NCBI RefSeq assembly: GCF_009914755.1
Contig: NC_060935.1
Reading direction: 5' to 3' (one strand)
DNA from: the human T2T-CHM13v2.0 reference genome, Homo sapiens
DNA length: 64,000 nucleotides
Numbering within the stretch: the stretch's first letter is position 1; each line of letters begins with the position of its first letter. A model generated the notes under the pieces. It saw only the letters and a list, made by a program, of their open reading frames with translations. It did not search any database and was not told the origin of the DNA. A program made the translations under genes and the position numbers. Of this stretch, positions 1 to 16,240 are shown piece after piece.

Positions 1-486
1 ACCCTGCCAACAATATCTACTTTTTTAAAAATCTCTTCTTCTCTCACCTGTGTATACAGCTCCCTTGTCTGCTTTCCTGTGCCTGTGAAAGGGTGCCTGA
101 GGGGTGAGGCATCAGAGAAGCTACAAACTGATTATTACCTCCCACCTTTTGTACGTGTTCCATCCTGACCTGTTCTTCCTCTGTGGACAGCCCTTCCAGC
201 CCCTCCAGTGTCTGTGCCCAGTGGAACCTGTGGGAGCAACTCTGCAGCCCCAACCCCCAAAGGGATGAGAACTGGGCAGCCCTCTTTCCACTGAATGCTG
301 CTGCTTCTAATCAGGCTTCCCTTCCTAGTTTCAACGGCCCCTCTGCCTTTGCTGTCCTTACATTTGAACATTACCAGCCTCCCACCATTCTTGGGGTATC
401 ACCCTCTCTCATTCAGACCCTCTCTCATGTTATTTTAGCATTATGTTATCTGCCCTATGGTTTTCTTTTTAACTCTTTTTTTGTAC

Positions 487-1256
487 TGATACAGGAGATA
501 GAAGGAAATTATTTGGGTAGATAGGGCAAAAGAGTCCCCGGCAAAACTTTTCTTCTAACAAAAAGCAGCTTGAGAAATTACTTCCTTTCTAACCACTCGC
601 AGTTCAAAGAAATCACTTCTCTTCTAATAAAGACCAGCCTGGAAGATCGGGCTGTAAAACATAGATAAACAACTCTGGCATAAAGGGAGAGCTTCCAGGG
701 TAATCACCAAACTTCACATACATATGATTGATCCCAGTAAAAACAGTGGGCCTTAATGAGCACATTCCTTTCCCTTTTTGAGCACACTAAGATAGGGAAG
801 CTGGAAGCTTGCATGGTGGGGCAGATGCCTACAGCTGCAAGGAGGTACCTAGGACCAGGCATGGAAACTCCCCCTCCCCTTTTTAGCACATGCATGGTGG
901 GAAGGAGATAAGCAACATGGAATAGTCCAAGGTAAGAACCAGCCTGCATGATAAAAGAGTGGGGTGGGGCTGCCAGAGGTTTCACTCCATGCAGATGGCG
1001 CACCTGGTCCTAACTGGTTTTTCATGCCCTATGAGATAAAGTACCCTCTCCCTACTAGCTCACTTATAAAAACCCTTACATTTTACTGCAGTACAGCAAC
1101 CCATTTGGGGCCCTTCTCCGAAGCAGAGAGCTATTCTTTTCCTTTCACCTATTAAACTTCTGCTTTAACCTCACCCTTTGTGTGTCCACATCCTTGATCT
1201 CCATAGCTGTGGGACAAAGAACCTTGGGTGTTATCCCAGACAACGAGGCTGCATCT
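487..1256 (+). mobile_element. Solo ERV1 LTR, LTR9-like (HUERS-P3 group)
   Basis: Starts TGATACAGGAGATAGAAGGAAATTATTT and ends CCCAGACAACGAGGCTGCATCT. Has TATA-like TATAAAA (~1066) and ATTAAA (~1151). GTAC TSD at 483-486 and 1257-1260. Confidence 0.75.
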
Positions 1257-1775
1257 GTACCACTGTCTTTGTAAATTCAATTGATGACACATTTAAACAT
1301 GACACACACAGAAAAATGCATAAAATATAGACATACAATTTGATAAACAATAAACACAAATGTATAAGTTACATAATTATGAAACAAATACCTATATTGC
1401 CATTGTCCAGGTCAAGAAATAGAATGTCTCCAGTGCCCCAGAGGTCCCCTTCAGATTCCAATCCCTTCCCTGACCCAGAAGTATTCATAATTGTGATTTG
1501 TATGGTAACTATTTTCTTGCTTTTCTTTGTGGTTTTAAGGTCTATTTATGCATTCCTAAGCTCCATAGTTTCACTGCACTTGTTTTATATCAATGGAATT
1601 ATATTTTTGTGATTTTTGCTTATGATGTTTTTGCATATGTGATTTTTTATGTATTTGTGTATGTTTATATCTTGCTTCTTTAGCTCAGTATTACGTTTGT
1701 AAGATTCTTCTATAGGGTTTTAAGTAGCTATAGTTCATTCATTTTTGATGCTATATAGGTAGACTCTCTTTATAT

Positions 1776-1996
1776 CAGGAGTGGCTAAACTATGGCCCAT
1801 GGGCCAAATCCAGCCAGTGGGCTGTTTTTGTATGGCCTGTGAACTAAGAATGTTTTTTACAATTATAAAATTTTAAAACAAACAACTCTCCACTGCTGCC
1901 CCCTAAAAAAGGCCAAAATATGAGGCAGACTACATATGACCCGAAATCCTATATCGTATTATCTGGCCCTTCATAAGAAAAGTTTTTCAACCCTGG
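1776..1996 (+). mobile_element. MER58 (hAT-Charlie MITE)
   Basis: Left end CAGGAGTGGCTAAACTATGGCCCATGGGCCAAATCCAGCC, right end AGTTTTTCAACCCTGG. Degenerate 8-bp TSD ctttatat/ctgtatat. Confidence 0.8.
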
Positions 1997-2374
1997 CTGT
2001 ATATGAATACACCATAATTTACTTATTTGCTGCCTTCTTGATGGGAATTTGAGTGGTCTGCAGTTTTTTGAGTACTGAGAAATGTTGCTGTGAACATTCT
2101 TTTTTCTAACAAAAGCTACTTCAGGCTGGAGGTCTGAACATTTTTGTACATGTTTTCTAGCACACATGTACCTGTATTTTGTAGGGTATATACTTAGAAA
2201 TAAAAATTCTAGATCACTTAATATATGCATATTCAAATTTAGTAGACAACCCCAAACAGTTTTCCAAAGCAGTTGTACAAATCATAAATCATACTCCCAA
2301 CAGCAGTGTGTGAGAGTTTCAGTTGCTCTATATCCTCACTAACACTTAATATTATCAACTTTAAAAATGTTTGC

Positions 2375-2671
2375 TTTTTTTTTGAGTTGGAGTCTTGCTC
2401 TGTCACCCAGGCTGGAATACAGTGGCATGATCTCGGCTCACTACCACTGCAACCTTTGCCTCCCGGGTTCAAGTGAGTCTCCTGTTTTAGCCTCCTGAGT
2501 AGCTGGGATTACAGGTGCACTTCAACATGCCTGGCTAATTTTTGTATTTTTAGTAGAGAGAGGGTTTCGCCATGTTGGCCAGACTGGTCTTGAACTCCTG
2601 ACCTCAAGTGATCTGCCCGCCTTGGCCTCCCAAAGTGCTGGGATTACAGATGTAAGCCACCGTGCCTGGCC
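2375..2671 (-). mobile_element. AluS
   Basis: Full dimeric Alu, antisense. TSD aaatgtttg. Confidence 0.95.
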
Positions 2672-3024
2672 AAATGTTTGGTTTTTATATACTGTTATAT
2701 CATCGTGGTTCTAATTTAGCATTTCCCTGCAACCAAGAAAGGTTGTGGGACATTTATATTTCTTTCTTCCTTTTTTTTTTTTGTAAAGTACTGGTTCAGT
2801 TCTAATATCTTTCCTATTTTTCTATTGGTATGTCCATTTTTCTTACTGATTTGAAGAAGTTCCTTATATATTTTGGATATGAATTTTTAATCAGTTATAA
2901 GTATTGTGAATATAAGTTTGCCTTTTCACTCTCTTAATGGTGAAGACTTGATGAGCAGAACTTCTTAATTTTAATGTAGTAAAAATTTATTGATATTTTC
3001 TTGAACAGTTAGTTCATTTGGTAA

Positions 3025-3313
3025 TTTTTTTTGTTTGTTTTGAGACATAGTCTCGCTCTGTCACTCAGGGTAGAGTGCAGTGGCGTGATGTCAGCTCACT
3101 GCAACCTCCACCTCCCAGGTTCAAGCAATTCTCTTCCTCAGCCTCCCAAGTAGCTGGGATTACAGGCGCCACCACCATGCCCAGCTAATTTTTTTGTATT
3201 TTTAATAGAGATGGGGTTTCACCATCTTGCCCAGGCTGTTCTTGAACTTGTGATCCATCCACCTCAGCCTCCCAAAGAGCTAGGATTACAGGGGTGAGCC
3301 ACCGCGCCCAGCC
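3025..3313 (-). mobile_element. AluS
   Basis: Dimeric Alu. TSD atttggtaa. Confidence 0.95.
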
Positions 3314-3425
3314 ATTTGGTAACTGTTTAAGAAAACTATCTTCTCCAAGCTCATGAAAATATTCTCCCATTTTATCTTCTGAAGGCTTTATAGTTCTTTT
3401 CTTTTCTTTCCTTTTCTTTCATTCA

Positions 3426-3724
<299 letters not shown>

Positions 3725-4781
3725 TAGTTTTGCCTTTTCTGTTAAGTACTGGATACCTGGAATTGATTTCTGTTTAACCCATATGGATAGCAAATTGTCC
3801 CAGCAGCACTTATTTAAAAACCGTTCTTTCCCATTGCCCTGCAGTGCTGCCTCTATTATGTATCAAGTGTTCATATAATGCAAAGTTCTCTTTCTGGACT
3901 CTATTGTATTGGTCTGTTGATCTATGTACCAATCCATTCTGTTTAAAATATTGTAACTTTATATCAAGTCTTGACATTTGACAGTGCCAGTCCTACATTT
4001 TTCTTCTTTTTCTTCCTCCTCCTTCTTTTTCTTCTTCTTCTGGTGCATCTTGGCTATTCTTTGTCCTTTGCATCTTCACATAAATTTGGGGATCATCTTT
4101 TCAAATGCCACTAAAAACTGATTAGCATTTTGACTCGAATTGCATTGATTTTATAAATGATTTGGGAGAATTGGCATGTTTACAATACTGAGTCTTCCAA
4201 TTTATGAACATAGTATATCTCTTAATTTAAGTAAGCTGTCTTTAATATCTCTCAATATGTTTTACAACTTTCACCATTAAGATCTGCACAATTTTGTCAT
4301 ACTTATTCCTAGGTACTTCATATTTTTTTTGAAGATGCTAAAAAGGTAGAGTCTGTTTGCCACAGATACATAAAATTTTTCTGTGTAACTTTGATTATTC
4401 GTGAAATGAAAAAGACTCTTTGATAAAACCTCTGCATTTACCTCACCTTCCTCTCATTTACCTGGGTCAGTGATGGCTCACCAGCAAGACAGAGGCATGT
4501 TTTTCCTTGATGGAGGGTACCCTTCTATGGACTAATAACAGCAATAACCAAAACTTGATCAGCACTTTATTTTTTAAATTTCTTTTCCATATTTCATTTC
4601 AATAGCATGATCAGCAGTTTAAAAAGTGTTTCCCTTTCCTGTATATCATATGGGCAGAAAAAAAGCAAAGTTTCCTACATTAGTATCTTATTTAATCCTT
4701 ATAACTATCTTGAAAATAGACATTTTAATTTCCATCTTACTAGTGAGGAAACAGTTTCAGGGAGCTAAAAAGGCTTGCTCA

Positions 4782-5327
4782 TTCTGTCAATGGATAAACA
4801 CATAAAGAAAATTTGGCATATATACACAATGAAATACTATTGTGCCTGCCTTGAAAAAGAAGAAAATTCTGCTATTTGAGACAACATGGATGGACCTGGA
4901 GGACATTATGCTAAGTGAACTAAGGCACAGAAGGACAAATACTGCGGATCTTACTTATATGTGGAATCTAAAACAATCAAACACATAGAAGCAGAGAGTA
5001 GAATGGGGATTACCAGCAACTTGGGGGTAGGGAATGGGGAGATGTTAGTCAAAGAGTACAAAAGTTTAGTTAGACAGAAGGAATAAGTGTTTGGATATCC
5101 ATGGCACAGTGTTGTGACTATCATTAGTAATAATGTATTCCATATTTCAAACTTGTTATGAGAGTGAATTTCAAATGTTCTCATCACAAAACATGGTAAG
5201 TATTTGAGGTCATAGATATATTAATTAGCTTAATTTAATTATTCCACACTGTATACATATATCAAAACATCACTTTGTACTCCATGAATATAAACAACTG
5301 TAATTTGTTGATTTACAGTAAAAAAAA
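4782..5327 (+). mobile_element. 5'-truncated L1MA-type 3' end inserted in a MIR
   Basis: Contains acaacatggatggacctggaggacattatgctaagtgaa and ends in poly(A). 15-bp TSD aaaaag(g/a)cttgctca at 4767-4781 and 5328-5342. Confidence 0.85.
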
Positions 5328-6837
5328 AAAAAGACTTGCTCAAGTTTGCATGGCTTTATTTAGCTCCAGTTCAGAACTATTGACTTCAGTCTGTTCTCTT
5401 TACCTGACCCACATTTGCCTCACCACCTGGCACCTTTGAAGGTGTGGGTTTTTGTAGTGCTTCGTGCAGTGTTTTGTAGTGCTGGATCAGATTAATATTT
5501 GGGGAGCTAGAGAGTAGACCTAGAAGAAAAACAGTCTACAGGGACTAGATTTTTTCTATTTTCTACTTAACAGGATACTATACTCACTTGTCTTTTTAGG
5601 GGAACCATAATTCAGTCAACAGATCTCAGTTCCCACTAAATTTGCTTTCGATACAGGCTTTCTGTTTAGAAATGAGTGCCAGTCCTAATGAACAGTGATA
5701 TTTTTTTTCTTATTAGACCAGAAGAAACTTGAGGGCATATATTTATAGTCATGGTGCCTGTTACAATGTTTTGGCAAAAAGTGTTTGCTGAATGAGTGCA
5801 TTTTTCTGCTACGTATACAATCTAGAAGCTTATCTTCCAAGAGCTAACTATTTAATACCTTGAAGACTCAACAGGGGGTGCTCCAAGACTGCCTAGTGTA
5901 GTTCACACTTGGTGAAAAAGAATGCTGTTCACCTGCCAAGGAGCTGAAATCTGTGCGTTTTGGTTTAAAACAGGAGCAAGAAGGAGAAGGGGGAGGGAGA
6001 TGAGAAAAACCTTTGGTTTTGGCATTCTTTTCATTCACAGTTGAGCCATAGTATGAGATCCTCTGTGGTTTTACTTAGGCATTTATGATTCCCTCAGATT
6101 TGAGGAGCATTTTCTAGCTCCTCTAGGGCAGAGCTCTCCTATTTTACTTTGTACTCCATACAAGAATTGATAAATTCTGGTTGAACTGAGACAGCTAGCT
6201 CTATCTGGAAGCCTGACCCCCATAAACTCTTCCCTGAATTAAGTTTCCTCCTCCTCCATTCCCTTTCTTGGTTGATGGTGTCTGCCGGCCCCAGCATTAG
6301 AGTTAAAACTTCAGAGCCACCCTGCTGCTCAGCAATTTCTCCATGAGTCCAGTTGGCATCTAGTCCCATTACCTGCAGTAGTTGTTTTAAACCTTCACTT
6401 CTCAATCCTCCCTCCTCCCTCTTTGCTCATCCCACCCCGCTGTTTCAGGAGGTGACTCTCTACTCTCTGAGCCCCAATTCACGTTTCAAGTGGAAAGCGC
6501 CTTGTGGAGTCTCCCTCAGCTTTCTAAGTGCACCTTTGGACCACTCCATACTCCCATTTGTCCTCTGTTTCCCTCCCCGTGATCCTGGAAGAGGTATCTT
6601 AGATTGTAGTCAACATGAATCCTACCCCTGTCTGGTCTTCCATTTATTTGTTCATTTATTCACCCATTCTTCAAACATTTATTAATCACTGCTATGTGAT
6701 AGGTTCTGGGAATACAACAGTGAGTACAACTAACAAGGTCTACTAGGAGAGACAGCTGTTAATTGAATAACCAACCTACTGGATGAAGTGGGGTCAACGT
6801 TCTCATGCTGTGCTAAGTTGTACTGAGATAACGCAGC

Positions 6838-7148
<311 letters not shown>

Positions 7149-7726
7149 AACACAGCTTCTTAGTTCCTATAACTGATATTTCTTCCTCACAAGCCATTCT
7201 TCCTCACAAGCCAGTTAATAGTATCTCAGGCTCAGAGTAAGGATTCAGACTAAACACACCTGGGGAGGCAATCCCTCTGATAAATCACCTGTACCTGATG
7301 GGAAGGGGCCCTGCTTGATCCCTAAAGAAGAGCTTTGCAGGGCACAGTGGCAGGAGGGCTCACCAACAGGCTGGCAGTTCTGATTTCTCATGTTATGCTG
7401 TCCCTGTGTCTGTGTGTCAGCGCCCCCCATGGCCTGTGTGGGGGGATCAGAGCATACCTGGGTGGGTCAGGGTTGTGGACATGCAGTACCCACAGAAGGA
7501 CATGGAGAGGATTCTGGGAACAAGAGGAGGCAGGACCTGGTGGGTTTCTGGGACAGGTCCATGCCCAGGGTTATTAAGTCCTAGGTTCTATTATATGAAA
7601 ATCAGGTTAAGATGAAAGCTAAGTGGGTCAAAACGGAGGGAACTTGAGATGTGAGGAGTTTCTGAGCAGACACTGGGAAGGTGAGGCCTGGATGAAGGTC
7701 CTGAGCTGGAAGAATAAGAATCTGCT

Positions 7727-8035
<309 letters not shown>

Positions 8036-8333
8036 TCAGTCACCTGTCACTCACTCATATCTGAAATTCCACCATTAGCTCCTTACTCTTCTGACTCAAG
8101 GTTTCAGCCTATATCAAAAGGGAAATAGTGTCTCAGGGAAGGGACACGGAGCTCCTCTCACCTCTTCTATCCCTACCATCAGATTCAAATAGCAGCTGCC
8201 GGTAGTTTGTATTTCTCTGGGATCAGTGGTGATATTCCCTTTATAGTTTTTTATTGTGTCTATTTGATTCTTTCTTTATTAGTCTTGCTAGCGGTCTATT
8301 TTGTTAATCTTTACAAAAAACCACCTCCTGCAT

Positions 8334-9122
8334 TCATTGATTTATTTGAAGGGGTTTTCTTGTCTCTATCTCCTTCAGTTCTGCTCTGATCTTAGTTATT
8401 TCTTGTCTTCTGCTAGCTTTTGAATTTGTTTGCTCTTGCTTCTCTAGTTCTTCTAGTTGTGATGTTAAGGCGCTGATTTTAGATCTTTCCTGCTTTCTCC
8501 GATGGGCATTTAGTGCTATACATTTCCCTCTACACACTGCTTTAGCTGTGTCCCAGGGATTCTGGTACATTGTGCCTTTGTTCTCATTGGTTTCAAATAA
8601 CTTATTTATTTGTGCCTTAATTTCATTATTTACCCAGTAGTCATTCAGGAGCAGGTTGTTCAGTTTCCATGTAGTTGTGCAATTTTGAGTGAGTTTCTTA
8701 ATCCTGAGTTCTAATTTGGTTGCACTGTGGTCTGAGAGACTGTTTGTTATGATTTCTGTTCTTTTGCATTTACTGAGGAGTGTTTTACTTCCAATTAGGT
8801 GGTCGATTTTAGAATAAGTGCGATGTGGTACTGAGAAGAATGTATATTCTGTTGATTTGGAGTGGAGACTTATGTATATGTCTATTAGTTCTGCTTGGTC
8901 CAGAGCTGAGTTCAAGTCCTGAATATCCTTGTTAATTTTCTGTCTCATTGATCTGTCTAATATGGACAGTGGGGTGTTAAAGTCTCCCACTATTATTGTG
9001 TGGGAGTGTAAGTCTCTTTGTGGTTCTTTAAGAACTTGCTTCATGAATCTGAGTTTTCCTGTATTGGGTGCATATATATTTAGGATAGTTAGCTCTTCTT
9101 GTTGCATTGATCCCTTTATCAT
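8334..9122 (-). pseudogene. L1 ORF2p remnant (endonuclease C-half plus linker), 262 aa open
   Basis: [32 protein letters not shown] and SLSDHSA are APE-type EN motifs. The N-terminal half of EN is missing. Confidence 0.9.
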
Positions 9123-9790
9123 TATGTATTACCCTTCTTTGTCTTTTTTGATCTTTGTTGGTTTAAAGTCTGTTTTATCAGAGAATACTATAAACACCTC
9201 TCTGCAAATAAACTAGAAAATCTAGAAGACATGGATAAATTCCTGGACACATATACCCTCCCAAAACTAAACCAGGAAGAAGTCAAATCCCTGAATAGAC
9301 CAGTAACAAGTTCTGAAATTGAGGCAGTAATTAATAGCCTACCAACCAAAAAAAAAAAAAAAAAAAAAAGCCCAGGATCAGATGGATTCACAGTCAAATT
9401 CTACCAGAGTTACAAACAAGAGTTGGTACCATTCCTTCTGAAACCATTCCAAACAATGGAAAAAGAGAGACTCCTTCCTAACTCATTTTATGAGGCCAGC
9501 ATCATCCTGATACCAAAATCTAGCAGAGACACAACAACAACAACAAAAATTTCAGGCCAATATCCCTGATGAACATCAATGTGGAAATCCTCAATAAAAT
9601 ATTGGCAAACTGAATCCAGCAGCACATCAAAAAGCTTATGCCCCATGATCAAGTTGGCTTTATCCCTGGGATGCAAGGCTGGTTCAGCATACACAAATCA
9701 ATAATCATAATCCATCACACAAACAGAACTAATGAGAAAAACCACATGATTATCTCAATAGATGCAGAAAAGGCCTTCGATAAAATTTAA

Positions 9791-10251
<461 letters not shown>

Positions 10252-10254
10252 TAG

Positions 10255-10359
<105 letters not shown>

Positions 10360-10767
10360 TAAAACATTCCATGCTCATGGATAGGAAGAATCAATATCAT
10401 GAAAATGGCCATACTTCCCAAAGTAATTTATAGATTCAATGCTATCCCCATCAAGCTACCATTGACTTTTTTCACAGAATTAGAAAAAAACTACTTTAAA
10501 TTTCATACGGAACCAAAAAAGAGCCCATATAGCAAGGACAATTCTAAGCAAAAAGAACAAAGCTGGAGGCATCATGCTACCTTACTTCAAACTATACTGC
10601 AAGGCTACAGTAACCAAAACAGCATGGTACTGGTACCAAACAGAGATATAGACCAATGGAACAGAACAGAGGCCTCAGAAATAACACCACGCATCTACAA
10701 CTATCTGATCTTTGACAGACCTGACAAAAACAAGCAATGGGGAAAGGATTCCCTATTTAATAAATAG

Positions 10768-11004
<237 letters not shown>

Positions 11005-11171
11005 TAAACTAAAGAGCTTCTGCACAGCAAAAGAAACTAGCATCAGAGTGAACAGGCAACCTTCAGAATGGGAGAAAATTTTTGCAATATATCCATCTGA
11101 CAAAGGGCTAATATCCAGAATCTACAAAGAACTTAAGCAAATTTACAAGAAAAAAACAACCCCATCAAAAA

Positions 11172-11786
11172 GTGGGCAAAGGATATGAACAGACACTTCT
11201 CAAAAGAAGACATTTATATGGCCAACAAACATATGGAAAAAGCTCATCATCACTAGTCATCAGAGAAATGCAAATAAAAACCACAATGAGATACCATCTC
11301 ATGCCAGTTAGAATGGCAATCATTAAAAAGTCAGGAAACAACAGATGCTGGAGAGGATATGGAGAAATAGGAATGCTTTTACACCGTTGGTGGGAGTGTA
11401 AATTAGCTCAACCTTTGTGGAAGACAGTGTGGCGATTTCTCAAGGATCTAGAACCAGAAATACCATTCAAACCAGCAATCCCATTACTGGGTATATACCC
11501 ACATTATTATAAATCATTCCACTGTAAAGACACATGCACACGTATGTTTATTGCAGCATCATTCAGAATAGCAAAGACTTGGAAGCAACCCAAATGCCCA
11601 TCAATGATAGACTGGATAAAGAAAATGTGGCACATATACACCATGGAATGCTATGCAGCCATAAAAAAGGATGAGTTCATGTCCTTTGTAGGAACATGGA
11701 TGAAGCTGGAAACCATCATTCTCAGGAAATTATCACAGGAACAGAAAACCAAACACCGCATGTTCTCACTCATAGGTGGGAGCTGA
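11172..11786 (+). pseudogene. L1 ORF2p C-terminal (cysteine-rich) remnant
   Basis: [21 protein letters not shown]...WKTVWRFL. The upstream RT region is frameshifted and has stops. Confidence 0.9.
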
Positions 11787-12005
11787 ACAATGAGGACACA
11801 TGGACACAGGGAGGGGAACATTACACACTGGGGCCTGCCAGGGGATGGGGGGCTAGGGGACGGATAACATTAGGAGAAAGATCTAATGTAGATGATGGGT
11901 TGACAGGTGCAGCAAACCACCATGTCACGTGTATACCTATGTAACAAACCTGTACATTCTGCACATGTATTCCAGGACTTAAAGTATAATAAAAAAAGAA
12001 AAAAA

Positions 12006-12680
12006 GTTAAAAATAGAACCACTGTATAATCCAACAATTCCACACTGGACATATACCACCCCCCAAAAATTGAAAGCAGGGTCTTGAAGATATATTTGTA
12101 TATCTTTGTTCATTGCAGTATTATTCACAATAGCCAAAGGGTGGAAGCAATCCAAGTGTTCATCAATGATTGAACGGATAAACAAAAATGTGGTATGTAT
12201 ATATAAATATATGTAAATACACACAAGCACACACACATTTGCACACACACATGCGCACACAATGGAATTAATAAGCATTGAAAGACAACAATGTATTATT
12301 CAGCCTTAAAAAGGAAGGAAATGTGACACATGCTACAACATGGATAAAACTTGAGGGCATTTTGCTAAGTGAACTAGGCTAGAAACAAAAAGACAAATAC
12401 TGTATGATTCCACTTATGTGAAATACCTAGAGTATTCAAATTCATAGAGGCAGAAAGTAGAATGGCAGCTGCCAGGGGCTGTGGAGATGAAGGAATGAGT
12501 TGTTATTTAATGGGTACAGAGTTTCAGTTTTGCCAGATGAAAAGAGGTCTGGAGATGGCACAGCAGGGTGAATGTACTTAGCACTACTGAACTGTAAGGG
12601 CTTTACACTTAAAACTGGCTGAAATGATAAACATAGTTTTATGTTATATGTGTTTTACCACAATTGAAGAAAAGAATTTC
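12006..12680 (+). mobile_element. L1MB-type 3' end
   Basis: Contains aaattgaaagcagggtcttgaagatatatttg and aaaagacaaatactgtatgattccacttatgtga. Includes a (TA)/(CA) microsatellite. Confidence 0.8.
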
Positions 12681-13029
12681 AAATTAAAGATAATTTGAAA
12701 AAATAGTTTAATGGACATTTATATGCCCTTCCACTGGATTCATCAATTATTTTGTGTTATCCACTCCCAAATATTTTTATTTGTTGCTAAAACATTGGAA
12801 TGCAAGTTGTAAATATCATGGCACTTTCCCTTTAAGTACTATAGCTGGTATCTCCCCCAGACAGGGATATTCTGCATAATCTACATCACATTCAAGACAT
12901 TTAATACTGGCGTGTGTGTAATAACAGTAGTATTATCTAATCTATAATCCATGTTTAGAATTTCCCAGTTTTTCCAATAATAATCTTTGTACTTTTTTTT
13001 GTTGGATCAATTTTAGTTAAGTGATTTTT

Positions 13030-13620
13030 TTGACAAGTATTTATTGAGTACCTTATGTGTACTAGGCACTGTTCTATTTTTCACTGTTTACCAGTGAATA
13101 AGATTGGTAAAAATCCCTGCCTTCATGTCTAGCTTATATTCTAGAGCTATAGAGAGAGACAGAGAGTGGCTCAGGAGACAGTAGAGAGTAGAGGAAGACA
13201 GCAAACAAAATACATGAGGAAATGGTATGTGGGACTAAATACATGAAGTACCATGGTGAGAGAGAAGAACATGGCTGGCAAAGGGATTGGGGTACATGAA
13301 AAGGCAGGAGGAAGCTGAAGTTTTTAATAGGTGGTCATGTGCCAGGCAAGATGCCTGAGCATAGGCATGGAGAGGCCAGGGAGCAACCAATGTCTATTGG
13401 GGCAAGAACTTGCAGGCAGAGGAAACAGAAGGATGAACGCCCTGAGGCGGGAGCAGAGCTTGCATGAGTAAGACTGGCAAAAAGGCTGATATGGGGAAGA
13501 GCGGGAGGGAAGGTCAGAATGCAGGGGCCAGGCTTAGAGGCGAGTGGGGCTCTGGTTTTCACTCCTAGTGAAATGGAAGCCTTTGGAGGGTTCCCAGCAG
13601 AAGAGGAAAATGGTCTAACA
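13030..13620 (-). mobile_element. L2 fragment
   Basis: aagtatttattgagtaccttatgtgtactaggcactgttcta is an antisense L2 3' end. Confidence 0.6.
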
Positions 13621-13629
13621 TACATACCA

Positions 13630-14034
<405 letters not shown>

Positions 14035-16240
14035 TGACTTCTGGGCTCCAGTACCCAAAGTCCAGTGGACATCTTCACATCTACACCTGGGTGCTCTGCA
14101 GGCACCTCAAAGTGAACAGTGCCAACTGAATCAGCATCTCTGCTGCACCCTGCACCTGCACCTCCTCCTGGGCTTCCTATTCTGAAAATACAGACTTAAT
14201 TGCGTATTTCCACAGCTCACCACTCTCCACCGATGCCCCTGTATAAAATTCCTTATCTTGGCTCTTGCCACTCACTCCTCCTCATGCATACTGGTGTCAA
14301 CTGTAAAGGACTCGGTGGAGTTCCTCCCACCCAGGCTGTCTCTCACCTCTGGAAAGCTGGACTTTTGCCTATTGTTACCTCAGATACAATGTTTTCTTTC
14401 CCCATGAAGAGCCTGACCTACTCATGCTCTTCTCCCGAAGCTTCCAAGACAAGCTTAGTGCCTCTGCTAGGTGCTCCTGTGGTGTGAGTGACAGGAACAA
14501 AAGGCAAGAGCAAAGGGGGAGCCACAGAGAGATGTGCATGCTCATCACAGGGAGGAGCTGCTGTGCAGGTAATCTGTTTGCTCAGACTGACTTTGAGAAC
14601 CATGTCAGTGACTCTCCTGAAATGAACACCTTGGAGAGACCCAGGCAGCTGGGTCATACCCTAAGACGGGTCCGAAACGTCCTGTTGATCACTGGCCACA
14701 TGAATCCTAAGGGGCAATGCCCCAATTAATGAGAATATCCTGCCTTCATGCTCTCTCTCAACAGGCCACTTTCTGTTTTTAAGAGCCTGGGCTAAGAGTG
14801 ATCAATTCCATTAGCCCTTAGAGGTGGCATCACAAAAGCATCTTTGGTTCTCTCTCAAAGCCCGATCCTTCAGAGAGGAGGGCACCCAAGAATAGGGTAA
14901 TCTCAGTCCTGACCCGGGACAGGAATTGCTTCCTTTGCCACTGGTTTATGTGTGACCCCAAATAATTCACTCCTACTCACCCTGTAGGCCTTTATTCACT
15001 TGTAAAATGGGTATAATAATTTTTATCTACCTCAGAGGTGCACTGGGAGGTATAATTAATGGTGGTTAAAGCACTTTGAGAGGCACAGATGAAAGGCCTT
15101 CTATAAACACACATCATTATTATGATTAATGGTATTTTTCTTCTTCGAACACACTGGGAGGCAGCCCTTTTGGCTTAAGTCCTTTAATCACCTCTCAGCT
15201 CCTCAATCACACAAGAGACATTACAGCCTCCAGGCTGGCCACACAGTAAACCTTTAAAGCCCTGAAAATGTACAGCCATCCTGAAAGTGATTTTAATCTC
15301 TGTCTTACCCCTCTCTTTTGACATTCTTCCAAAATGATCTGACTTGAAAAGTGGCAGTTTTTATATATTATGAATAATCTGTTTAATTCGAAGCATTTCA
15401 CCAGTTTTGAAGGGAGGGGAGAACAGTGCTCATCATCATTAATTAATATGTACTGACTATCCCCAGCACCAGCTCTTGCTTTTCCCAGACCACAGAGAAA
15501 ACCCAGACATCTGTGTATCAGTGCGGGACTGATTTCCCAAGGTAGAACCAAAGTGACTCATTATGGGGCAAAGCTAAGACCCAACTGGGTCCTGAGGTTC
15601 CTGAGAGCCCAGATCCCTGCTCCTGAAAAGGGACCTGATTTGTGGTTCCCATTCAGACCCCTCCAGCTCATCTCACAGAGTGCAGTATTTAGTGCAGGCT
15701 TTGATTATGAGTGATGACCCACATGGCTTCCCAGGTGGAGCCTGCCAGAGGGATGTGTCAGCCTGGGCTGCCCTCCTGGAGGCTCATTCCCACCTGCTTC
15801 TTATCTATGTGGCCTTGAGCAGGTTACACAACCACTCTGTACTCCCTGAGGACAACACATGTCCCTTATAAAAAGAGAGAATGTGTAAAATTCCATCGTG
15901 CCTGGCATGTAATAGGTCCTCTACACATTTTCCCTCCCTTTCCCCACAGAGGGCCTGAAGAAAGCTGTATCCACTTTTATAAAGCTGCTGGAAAATGTCC
16001 AGCTTGCCTGACCACAAGACAGGCTTCCCAGGGAGGATGCGTCCTGTTGCTGCCTCATCCGTCCAAGGGCATGACTATATATTGTGAAGTGGGGCAGATG
16101 TACCTCCCAACCCAGTAATCCAGTACTCAAGTTGGGAGGACCTGGGGCAGCTCCTGCGGTGGCCCTCCAACCCTCTGATTCCAGAATTTTCCAACCACTG
16201 TTCAGTGTTCATGACACTAATAGAAATGGAAGGCATAAAA

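Noticed and set aside
44-253. Minus-strand exon-like segment (RFHWAQTLEGLEGLSTEEEQVRMEHVQK) with ccacag acceptor
   Set aside because: The donor site is ambiguous, I recognise no homology, and no partner exons were identified. Too weak to call.
7180-7213. 17-bp tandem duplication (similar ones at ~49950 and ~63231)
   Set aside because: Ordinary slippage-scale events.
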